Of a stretch of 64,000 nucleotides of DNA, positions 1 through 12,400 are shown one piece after another. The DNA comes from Podarcis liolepis (taxonomy: Eukaryota). The notes under the pieces are model-generated. The model made no database searches and had not been told where the DNA came from. It was given only the letters and a program-made list of their open reading frames with translations. Location of the stretch: NCBI GenBank assembly GCA_965112155.1, contig OZ218107.1; one strand, 5' to 3'. The first letter of the stretch is position 1. Every line of letters starts with the position of its first letter. The position numbers and the translations under genes were made by a program.

Positions 1-378
1 ATTGTCATTTGGGAGTTCAGCCTTTAGAATTAATCCAGTTTTGAAATCTGTTTATTTAAATATACTAAAGATACATAAAATAACTTTAATAAAAAGGACA
101 AGTAGGAGATTTGAATCAGAAAGTGATTACAAAAGTCCCCCCCCCCCAAAAAAAAAATCCTTAGGACATACCTCATTTTTATATTTAGATGAGAAAGCCT
201 TTGTTGCAATGATATCTATTTAAAAAGAAAGAAGAACATTTATTTTTATAATGAGTAATGAATTAAATCCTTGGTAGTGATCAACAGCTTAAATATTTCC
301 TTTTCAATCACTGAAATGAAACTGTATTCAATCAAGAGGGTATATAACAGCTTCTAAGAGGCTGACATGCCAATTTAC

Positions 379-493
379 CTGCCTCTGCAGTGCTGTTTCT
401 TTGCTGTTTATGTTTACTCAAACCTTCCATGACATCCTGAATTCGCCAAAGCTCCTTCTGAATTTGAGCACGCTGTATACCGGCTGACTCAGT
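379..493 (-). CDS. PLEKHA5: PLEKHA5 exon, 115 nt: TESAGIQRAQIQKELWRIQDVMEGLSKHKQQRNSTAEA(G)
   Basis: ctggcag|ACT...GCAG|gtaaat. Confidence 0.96.
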
Positions 494-3400
494 CTGCCAG
501 AGAGAAATGTTAAAATTGAGATTGTCTGCCTCCACTTTTTATAAAAAGCATTGACGGATTCATTGTATTTTATCACACACACTTTTTTCGTTCTGGATAC
601 AATGCCCTTTTCTTAGATTGAAACAAAAGCCACTTGCAGGCCTCTCCCAAGGCAACAAGCTATCCAAGGCTGTCAACTGCTACCCACATGGGGCATTTGG
701 GGATGTCAGCTTTCATCTACCCCGTGACCTGTTCCTGGAGCTTGGGGGCAGTGCGGGATGTGGAGAACAAAGGCAGTAGAATCCATTCACATTACACATT
801 TTATATTATTTATTTTAACTGCAGTACTGAGGACTCTCTAAGATGTTCTAGAGGCAAAATGAGGGAACATTATGCACATGCTTGCACATTATGTTTCAGC
901 TGTATTTTCCAAAATGTTTCTTTTTATTTTGTAACCAAATTCAGGCAGACGTGCTTGGGTGGAAATGAAGGGAAAACTAGGAGAGACTGAACCTCTGACC
1001 CAAATTTTGACTGCACCACATATTTCATTGAGATTTTGTCCTTTCATCCCCACTCACTGCATTCCAACCTCTTATGGGGCAAAAATCTTATTGGATTGGA
1101 TTGGATTGTCAACTGGCAGAATGACATTAAAATGCTTTGGGAATTTTCCCCACCACATCAATATGCTAGTATCTTTCTTGGGACACAAGAACATACATCT
1201 CCAGTAGAAACTCATGTGCATAAGGCCTACGACCATAACAAAACGTACTGTTCTGAAGACTGAAGAAGGAGGTAGGCATATAATATGTTCTACGCCATTA
1301 TGCATTTCAGGCCCTTTAACAAATGTGGGTGAACCCCTTCATCTTTGCACATCACATCCAGAAGTACATTCTAATAGTATTGCATACATTTTGGTATTAT
1401 TTCTGGCATGTATGGATATGATACAAAGTTTAGGCATTGGTCGCACCTGAACTTCTCCCAGCCGCTCCAGCTGCTCCTGCATGTGGTTCTTTGTGACCGT
1501 TACATCATACTCTAGTTTGTCATATTCCCGCCAAGCTCTCTCAAGCTCCTAAATACAGACACATTAAAAATGTACGCATGTTAGTTTTGCTTCATGGGTA
1601 AATCCAAAAAAATATAAATTTGGGAGAATGCATGATGAAGAAAAATAAATGGTTTTACTACATTCAGACGGGTTGGGTTGCCAGAAACTGTGGGTGGGTG
1701 GTGCCCTAAAAGTTGAACAGCTGATACACATCTCTGCAACTCTGGATCACTTTCCAAAATAAATGCATTCTGTTGTTCCATTGTAGCAAAAGGAGCCCCC
1801 TGCCCCCTATTTCCATGCCCACACAAGGAGTGGTGAATTCAAGACAAATTAATGTTTGCTAGAGTGTAATAAAGAACAAACCTATATCTAGTCATTTTCT
1901 TTATTTAAAAAAATGCCTACACGAAGAAGGCCACCTGTTAACACACCACTGAGCTTTACTAGCTGAAGAAAAATTGCATTACTTACTGCGGTAGCTCGAG
2001 ACACTTCTCGACAAGTGCTAAGGAGTCCATTCTGTAAATCATCCCTCTGCAAGATGACATTTTGTATGGCGGCTGGATTTTCCGCATTCATTTCTATCTC
2101 CTGACTGGCTGATAGCAGAGCTTGCTCAAGCGTATACTATGGTAATAAAAAGAATAATTTTAATGTTCCACATCATTGAACTAATTTTCTTTTTACTTCA
2201 CTTATCAGTGTTCTGATAATAAAGCATGGAAAATAACATCCATTTTGGGTAATAAATATAATTGTCCTACTTTTTCCTTGTGCAGCTGCTGAAGCTTTTC
2301 TTCCAGGGCTTGAACCACTTTGTCTTGCTCGCATAATCGGCTAAGCTTAGTCTAGTGTGGAAGTGAAGATGGTAATAATTAGTGCCACTGGTTGTTTTGC
2401 GCTTTTTATTTTAAAAATCGCGTACACATTGGGGGAGCCTGGAATATCTAAATGCAGATTACCACAGGCATGACCCTAAATTACACACCAAGCTAGGTTT
2501 GAACCACAGTGGAGTGTTCTGTTTTATTTACTATTTATTTATTATTACCCTGAGTCAGTAGGAGCCATTATGCACCTGGTGATCTACCTGTCCCATTCAC
2601 TAAGTCAGGGAACGTTCCATACACAGCATGGGGAATCTCTGATACATTATCTAATAAGGGGCAGCTCCTGCAGATAGGGAACTGAGTACCCACTACACAT
2701 GTCCAACTTAGGACAAATAGTAAACCTGCTGTGGTGTTTGCAAAAACCTGGTACAATATCTGATTTATGAAGAGAGGGATGTCTTTTTGGTAAAGCCAAG
2801 TGAGTAGGGCTTTGTTTAATACAGACTGTGTGTATTAAAGGTTCAGCTTACTGTACACATTATATGATACTGCTCTTGAATATCTGGGATAGGATGACCT
2901 ATTCATTGGGGAAAATGCTGCTGAATTTACAAGGGGCCCTGGGAATAACTGAAAGATGACTCATACACTGATTCCCTGTTTGCAGATCAACAAGCCGAAG
3001 TCCTACAGTGACTACTTTGTATGCATTTGCAACACAAGCTACTTTGTACAAACAAGAGAGAGTTCATTTTAAGGCTTTGGCCATACAGTCACATCACATT
3101 TTGTCTCAGAAAAGCTATTCCTCTTGTACCCTGTTTTTGAAAAAAGGTAAGGCTCAAAAGTTTCTGTTCTCTCAAATGTGGCTGTGGGTAAAGCTACATT
3201 TTTTTTGCAGGCTTTCAACCACACATTAGTCAAAGCGCATCTCAACTCTGTTTCAGAAAGTCAGGGAGATGTGACAGACTAATGCCATATTGAGTTTGAA
3301 CTGTTTTTACATGAGTCAAGCATACCAGTTTGTTTAAAACGCACCAATGCAACATACATAAAGCCAACAGTACTTACATCAATATCTAGGTCTTCTGATC

Positions 3401-6400
3401 TGTATTTGTACAGAGTACCCCTACATTCATCTTGTGTCAGCTATAATAAGGAAGAACACTCCCATCAAACAAATTCACTAAAATCATGTAAAACAGTGTG
3501 CAGTCTAGTTAACATTTAATTAAGCATACATTACTTCATATTGAATGTTAAGCACGTAATATGCCTGAATGCATTTAATCAACACAAACACACACCATGT
3601 AAATTTCAGTTCATAATGGAATGCCAAATATGGATTGTCAGAAGGGGAAAGCACATCAGAGCTATTTATTCTTGCTATGAAGGTAAACTATGAAGGTAAA
3701 GCTAAGTCTGGAATTCCATTCATTAGTGATCTTCAAAAAAGTCTTTAGGAAAAAATGACAGAAAACAAAAAAGTTTAGATAATAGCCAAAGCAAGCAAGA
3801 ACCAACAAACAAATGGGGGGGGGGGGAGATAAATCAGTTTCAATTATACCAAGGGTTTGGTATGCAGTTAAGAGGGCAGTGAATAAATTCTCAGTTGAGA
3901 ATTCTGAACGTTTTCTTTTCTTTTACTTCTTAGTCTCCAAAAAACTCAAGAAGAGTTACATGAGATTTACAAAAAAAGGACATTATCTGTGAAGACAACA
4001 GAATGAAACTGCAAATGCACTGTCTTTGACATGCAGGTTTTATTACTTCACTCTCAGCTTTACTGTTAAATAAGACTTTTAACACAACACAAGCAGCTAT
4101 ACACTACATACTCCTTTACACAAACAACTGGGCAGGGGCAACGCACTATTTTGACAAATTTTAAAAGAAATGTGTCAAGGCAAGCAAGATTTACACCAAA
4201 GTTACACTGATGAGGGACTACATGGAGGAGAAACAATCAATTCAGATAGCAGAAGATGACAGTTGGGGTTCTACAATGGGCTGGAAAATCATTCAGATGT
4301 CTAAGTGCCAGTAAGGACTTTAGATACCTGAGTTTTCCAGTGTGACTCTACTCTATATGGCTCCAATGTTATTGTTTGCACCTCCTTGCTCCCAATATTA
4401 TAAGGGGCTAAATGGGACCGCAGCTAACACAATAATCACACTGCAGTCATGAAGACAGATTGTTGACATATTAAGTTCTCTTTCCAATTCTAGATTTCAG
4501 ACTGCCTAGTATAAAGACACAGGTCAAAATATATAGACATACATTTCAGCATATGCATTTTAAAGTGTATTAATGAATGGGGCATTGAGGATATTCTGCA
4601 CTGGGCCAATCTTCAGAGTGTGGTTAGGATGTTGGGAGCAAGCTGCAGGCTCCTGTGTTCCTACTGCTTCCCTCCTGGCTTCCGTTGTATAACCATGAGG
4701 TAGTGGCAGGTTTGCATGTGGCTGATGTGTAAAGGGATTGCCTTGCCAACCAGAGCATATTTGAAGTACATTTTCAAACCCTAGCTTGCTGATTAGGTAT
4801 GCTGATTAGTGCCAATGTGAACATAATGTTACAGCATTTTTAAAACTGACAAGGAAGGTGGGAGAGGGAAAAGGAAGAAAATGGCAAATCTACATTAAAG
4901 CATATTTGCTAACAGTTCACATGTTGACTATCTTCTCTACCTTCACATACATGCACAGGGTTTTTGTGTACAGAGTAAGAATGTAAGCTCTCTCTCTGTT
5001 TTTAAGGAAGGGCTACATCTGCAAGCGTGAGGCAAGGGTTTAGCCATACAAGCATTCCAACCACAGAATAGATCCCCAGAGGACTTTTTAAGTGTTTCAT
5101 TTCAAGGCATAACCTCATGCAAATGCACTGTGTGACGATCTGAGATTATGCACGGTGTGATAAAGCCATATAAGTAACCTTGCTTTGAAATGAACATTTA
5201 ATGGAATGAATACTGGAAGATGAAAAAGCCACAGCACCTTCGAGTGTCATGAAAATTACAGATTTTAATTTGTTAGTACCTAACAGGGCTTTCTCGTTTT
5301 TAAACCCACTTGAAAATGGACTACAGATTCCATGTTGACTGGAGAAAGAATTGAAGAATGGAAATATCTTTTTTCATAATAATAATTAAAAACATGCTCA
5401 AACATGGCCAATGTATATCTGGCCAAGCTTACAACAGGAAAAAGATAAGATATATGCATTTGTTTTTAAGAATTACGGCGTGGATGTGTACATTTCTGAA
5501 GATCCATCCAATTCTCACTTTGTAGGCAATTCTGAAAACTTTACTATTTGAACAGCTTTAAGTCTAAAACTGCCCCCCCCCCCAGATCATTATCCAGATT
5601 TCTTGGAAGATAAGTTGCTTATTTAAAAAGATCTGTACTCTAAAAATCACAAAGGTGTATACACATCTTTTGCTCAGCCTTATCCTTCCAATTATATAAA
5701 CTCAAATAGAGTTAATTCTACATAGGGATAATTCACAATATATTACCTTAGGGTTTGCATACTCCCTTCTCTTCTCATGAACTCCAATTCACTTTTATTC
5801 TGGGTTCACAGAAACCAAGGTATGAAGAATTCAGGTTGACTAGCCACCATGGTTTGAGGCTACATGTGAACCATAGCTAGGATTACTGAAGCCATTCTTT
5901 AAATTCAGCTGCCTGTCTAGAGTCACAGGAGGTTGTCATTGGCTTCAGAACTATAGCCTGAAAAATCACTAAGTTGATGGAAGACCACAAAATGCAGCAC
6001 CAGCTTTCAGTAATTTGCCAACTCTTTTCTGGGAACCCTGTTGTTCCTGTGAAGGTTACAAAGCTTCTTNNNNNNNNNNNNNNNNNNNNNNNNNNNNNNN
6101 NNNNNNNNNNNNNNNNNNNNNNNNNNNNNNNNNNNNNNNNNNNNNNNNNNNNNNNNNNNNNNNNNNNNNNNNNNNNNNNNNNNNNNNNNNNNNNNNNNNN
6201 NNNNNNNNNNNNNNNNNNNNNNNNNNNNNNNNNNNNNNNNNNNNNNNNNNNNNNNNNNNNNNNNNNNNNGATGACAACCACCCATTCCAACTCCATGTGC
6301 AAAGGTAAACTGAACTGGCAACTTCACGAACAGATGTTTGAAAATCCATTGAATTGTTTCTATCAGACACCACAGAAAACTCTGGCATGTGAATAGGGAG

Positions 6401-9400
6401 TTGTATGTGGATTGAAAACGTTGATAAAGATGCAAAGGATTTGCTCAGAAAAAGGATTTTAAGCAGTACCTGCTCTGACACAGACCCACCCACCCAATAT
6501 GCCCGTTTCTATCGCAAATCTTTCATTAAATAGTTCAGCTATTTTAAATCCCATGGAAACATTTCAGAATTTAAGGCCAGTGATTCAGTACAGGATGAGC
6601 TTCTCCAAGTCGCCATCTGCATATCCCTAATTATATATTTGGTATTAATGAACATGACATGTTGGAAGACTATTTCTTCAAGCTGTTTTTTTTAAATAAA
6701 CGCAAGATTAAAAGCTGTGAAAACAACACTTCCCACCTGTGCTCTCAATTCCATTAGGCCTCAAAGGCTTTCTCTAGGTACCATGAATCCTTGAATGATC
6801 AGGCAGTTCAGCCTTCAAGACCTTCCAGAGTCAAACTATCAAGTATGGTGCTAACTCAGTGTAAAATGATGAACCAATTCTAGTCCTTCCAACCTAATGA
6901 AAAGCAAAACCAAATAATTAGGTAGCTAAAAAATTGATAATAACTCTCTGCACTTCAAGGGCACCTCATTTCTTTTTTCATTCCAAGCTGCAGAACTTTC
7001 CTTAGAGACGCTAGTTTCAATTTGGCAGATAAATCTGAATACCCATTTGGCTAGTGAGTCTCAGCCAAGTAGCAGATAACGAAGCCAGCGTTCACCCTTC
7101 ATTTTCAGTAATACTGCATGCTGTTTCCCCCCCCTAACTTATGTAATAATTCACAGATGGAAGCAGGGGAGAAAGCATGTTAACTTAAAAGTTAACAAAG
7201 CACATGTTTGAGCAAGATTGTAGTGGCACAAAAAGCATTTCATTACACAATTTCTACTCACAGCAGATGCCACACTGTTCTCTGAAGTGGCACAATTTCT
7301 TTGCCTACGTTGGCAAGGTTACCAAGTCTTGCCCCAAGAGGGAGACTGTGTCTTTTATCAGCTGCTTATTCGGCAGACATTTGACAGATGCAGGTTCTCC
7401 CATCATAGCTGCAGTGACAGAAGCTGCATCTTCCCAAGTTCTCAGTTCAAGCTGTGATTAAAGGAAAAGGAATGCCCTCCCCGGGAAAGGCAGCAGCAAC
7501 CTTATGCACTGGTCAAAGCTCAAACTAGGGCTAACTTTGGACTAGAAGCTAGAGAGCCTCTGAGTTCATAGGCTGAAAAAAATAATGCCATTACTCGGAA
7601 AAACAACATAATGCCAAACGTTTTATTTGGTATGTGGTGAAAAACCTGTTGACAGCCATATGACGTTTAGGATAAAATTCTTCCACAAATTGATTTCTAA
7701 CGGACAAGTTGATGTTATATTTCCATTCAGCACATTTCCCCTCCAAATATTTTATCATGACTTGATACTGACTTTGTTTGCTGTGACTTTCTGAACACAC
7801 TGCCCTTAAGAGCTATAGCCCCCAGATCAAAATTATTTTGATCCTTTTTAACTCCCAAGGGCAAAACAAAGCAGCTGTCCAGGAACCTACAACAATTAGT
7901 AAATTCATTCCTAAAATGAGAAGCTGCCAGAAATGACAAGGTAAACATTGCTGTCATGCTTTAGTGTTAAACCAAAATGAAGTCGTTCCTTCAACGGAAA
8001 AAGAAATAAACAAAAGAAAATGAATCGCATAGATCCATGCTATGACAAATGTTGGAAGCTTGTTGGCAATTTTATGAATTTACTGAATTAACCTACAAAA
8101 AACAGCAATTTGCCAAATATTCTGAAACAGAGAAAGTTATCCAAAGGGATACACTCAATACTCATTGACAAGTACGTTCAGCAAAGCCATGCTAACAATA
8201 TTGCAGCATTTTATAAAACACAGATGACTTGTGGTTTTCCAAAACAAATAGGAGGAACACCAATGTTATGGGTAAACTGGAGGGGACAACCAAAAACTGT
8301 CACTGAGGAAAAATTTGCAATGATAAAAAGCAATTTCATTCACTATCCAAGACCTTACTTGATGGTACAGTTGTGGTCTTAGCGCCGAGTTCTCAATCAT
8401 AGTGTGAACCATGATGATTAAAGGTTCATTCTCTTTCATCTATTTCAAATCAGGAGGAGCATACAGCAAACATCAGTTTACAGCACGGCTAGATTTGAAA
8501 GACGACACTGTAAATATAGCCTCTACTTTAATTATTTTCTGTTAGTGCAGCAGTTCATATTTCCTCTCATGCTTAAGCAAAGATGTACATTTGAAAAGCC
8601 TGCTATGGCCAAACTAGAGTACCTACAACCCATATTAAGTTTAAAGTAATTATTACCAATAAGCATTTCAGACGTTTCTCTAAATAACTCAAGCTGAAAA
8701 TGTTCAATCATCTTTAACAAATGGATATGATGGACAAAGGGCTAGCCTCATTAAATAAACCACCCACACACATTATCAGATTTACAGCATAAATAACACA
8801 TTAACTATCTTAGGGATAGTTGCACACCATTAACTCTGGGCAAAAGGGAAGTTTCTGGGGCAAATCCTCGCTGTCAACATGGGGACTGGATACTGGGAAG
8901 AAGGTTGAGTTTAGTCCAGATTTTTCTCAACTTGATAATCATTTTATGGAGAGTAGTAACCTTGACCCATGTATATTATTATTTTCCTGAACACCTGTGT
9001 TGGGTCAGTCCAAAGCTATGGCACAACATGTAGACAGATGAATAGCGAACAAGCCAAGTCTTAGTCCAAGTTGTAGACCGAGGCAGTCACAAACAATTGT
9101 GCTTGTTACAACTTTTCACAGTGTGAACTGCAATAATGTAAGCCTTCCTAGACAGTGAGTGCTCATTTGTCAATGTTTTATTTTGAAATACTTTATGATC
9201 TGCAATATAACACCATAACATTGATAACATACAGCAACTATATTTACCAACCTCTAATACCTATCTTTTACAGTATAATAATTTTCAAGGCTGCATTATA
9301 ATTATATATATATAAACTATTTACCAACTGTGTTCACAAATACTCTGTGTTGATGAAGTCAGTAACAGATTTGGGAAGCGGCCAGATTTGAGAAGCAGAG

Positions 9401-12400
9401 TTTCTGAACATCTACTTTTCATTTCAGTAGAACTTGTTAAGTCCCATTTAAATGAAATGCTTGGAGAACTAAGCCTTTAAAGGCTTCAGTTCAACTAAAA
9501 GGGTGTATATACATTTTATCAAGGAAATACACAGGTTATATCATACATACAGTACTGTCTTAAGCAGTTTGTGGGTGGCCCTTAACAAAGAACCTGCTCA
9601 CCTGCCTATTTAGGGAGCAACCAGCTAACGCTGGTTTCTCATGCAGGTCACATGGCAAACATAAAACCTGACACTCAATATGTGGCACAAGATGATAGGG
9701 ACCAGAGTGGAAATAGTGTGAGGACTACAGTGGCAGTCCACATTTTATGATGTGATTAGACTTTGCTGTGGACTCATCTACAGCACAGTGTATGTTTCCC
9801 CAACCTAACTGCACTCCAGATGTTTTGGATCACAACTCCCAATATCCCTCCCCGTTGGCCAAGTTGAAGTCCAAAATATCTCAAGGGCTTGGGGAAGGAT
9901 AGAATGGCAGACCAGCAGTTATTTCCATTTTCCATCTGCGTGTAAGGAATGCGACTCAAGGGTTGCTTTTTTAATCATTATAGACAGAGTCCACATCCTA
10001 TAGAAATGATGGGATACTGCTTAAAAGCACGGTGTTAAGCATCTTACAGGCAACACTAGATTATAAACTTCTGAACAGGACTGTATTGAATAGGAGAGCT
10101 TTTGATTCTTGAGAATTCCATATGCTGAGAATTCTCATGCAAACAAATAGCCTCTGGAGGTTAAATTGTAGTTAAACAGTTTGCCTGGTTCACTACAATT
10201 TAACTATCCCAAGCCTAGGCTAGATTAGCATTTTCTAATAAATTTAGTCTATAAGTACTGCTGATGGTCATAAGCTGCTACAGTGGTGCCTCACAAGATG
10301 AAAAGAATCCGTTCCGCGAGTCTCTTCGTCTTGCGGTTTTTTCGTCTTGCGAAGCAAGCCCATTAGCGGCTTAGCGGATTAGCGCTATTAGCAGCTTAGC
10401 GGATCAGCTGATAAGCGGTTTAGCGGCTTAGCGGATCAGCTGATAAGCAACTTAGCGGCTTAGCGGATCAGCTGTTAAGCGGCTTAGCGGTGCTAAGGCA
10501 TTCGTCTTGTGGGGCACCACTGTACAATAGCAGAATGAAAAACAATGCCCTTTGTAAGAATATCCATAGGCGGTACTAAAATCTTCCATGATCAAATATT
10601 CAAGGGCCCAGAAATGTCACCTTTTTTGGCTCAGAACTGCACTTAGAGTCAGAGACAGAACTGAATATAAATCTATGCACTGTCATGCTTGAATATTTCA
10701 GTCTGCCCAAAGATGAATACAAATCCAGCATCTCAGATTTTGCTTTTATATTAAATTACACATCAACTGTACATTTAACTCTGATTCAGCAGTATCAGCT
10801 AGATAACAAGTCCAAGTGGCAGGCAGATAGAATCAGTTTGTGATTTATCATTAAACATGACTATTGTAACCTGGTTAAAATGAACTCAGGGATACTTCTG
10901 AATTTCCTATCAGAATGTATGATAAACCCCGGGTCCACTCTCTCCTAATCCCTAGTTATGTAGTAAAATAAAATAGGATTCCTTATCAAATACAATTTTA
11001 TCCTTCTGCATATGAGAGTGGTTTAAAACAGAGAATCAGTCAAAGACCAACCAATTATGTCTAGATCAAAAAATAAAATTAAAAAGGAAGAGATTGGGTG
11101 TTGGCAGCAGCTCATAAAAACAGGGAATGGTGCCATGTGCCAGCACAAGTGGATGATGCACCCCACTTTGTGCTACTGCTTGATGGGAAGCACTTCATCC
11201 TCACCACAGCTGCCATGGACTGAGTTGTAAATGCGCTGCATTATTGGTGGTGTGTCAAGTGAATACATGCTCTCATTTCAGGATGCAGATAAAGGGAACT
11301 GAGAAAATCTAAAGAACTCCGAATTCCTGTGCCAACAACTCAGCAGGCGCACAAAATAATGGGCAGATATGCAGTTTTCAAGTTCTGTGCAAAGGTTTCT
11401 TGAAGTATTCCTCCTCCTCCTGACACCCAAAAAAGATGGCTATGACGGAAGTATATCCTTGTTCATTACATTAACTGTTTGTATATATTTAGACTTTGAC
11501 TGCAGAGATGAGGCAGACAAAAGCCAGGTATAACTATTGTGATAAACACTATATTTTTAGGATTATTTTTAAAATATTCATTTTGCACTTCACATTAACA
11601 ATGTCATGTAAATAACTGAACCCATTCAAATATTGGACCCCATTTTATTTTAGCAGACAAGCTGCAGCATTAGGAGAAAGAGTATGAATGGCACAGAACA
11701 ATGACCTTAGCATATAAATTGTGCTATCTGCACTTGGAGAAACATTTTCACCATCTGCCCTGATACAATTTTAAATGAGACAGTACCATTAAAAAGTTTA
11801 AATGATAAAAAATAGTGTCAACATGTTATCAGATATAAATATACAAGAATAAGCTATGAATCCCACCTGATGATCCAAATATATGGCATTCCTTTGAAGG
11901 TGATGAGAAAGAATCTCATTCTAGCAAGCAGCATTCAAAGAGGAAGGAGAGAAGAAAAGGACAGATATGAAGATGTGGAAAAGGTCAGTCAGAAAAGAAA
12001 GAGAACTACAAATTCTAATTTAAACCTTTAGATTATACTGTCATATTAATCCAAGCGAGAATTACATTGAATTCTGGGTCTTCCTAGAATTTGCATTAGC
12101 ATATTTTGAAAAGCCAATCAATACTCTAATGACAGAAGGAAGCAAAATTATAACCAAACATCTGCTTTTGAAAAGTAATAAAGCATTAGTTTGCAATTGC
12201 AGATTTAGTAATATTAGCCGCACATACAACTTCTTAACATTAAAACAAAATTAAGAAAAACCACCATGGTCATGTTGAATTTACACAGACAACTATAAAC
12301 CCTTTGATACATTTGTGTGCATTTTCTGCTTCTAAATGCTTATTATAAATCATTTCAAAGATGAGAAAACAAAACGAAATGGTTATGGTAGATCATATTT

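Noticed and set aside
1-40. Possible next PLEKHA5 exon at the window edge
   Set aside because: The nearest AG gives an immediate stop, and there is no match to the expected peptide.
5747-5782. Exon-like VHEKRREYANPK ending AAG|gtaata
   Set aside because: No in-frame AG acceptor: the options give 35 or 53 nt, or start with TGA.
5883-6493. Long ORFs spanning the gap
   Set aside because: Artefacts of translating Ns.
4030-10141. About five UGCAUG (RBFOX) motifs around the cassette exons
   Set aside because: Scattered and near chance frequency; none adjacent to an exon.
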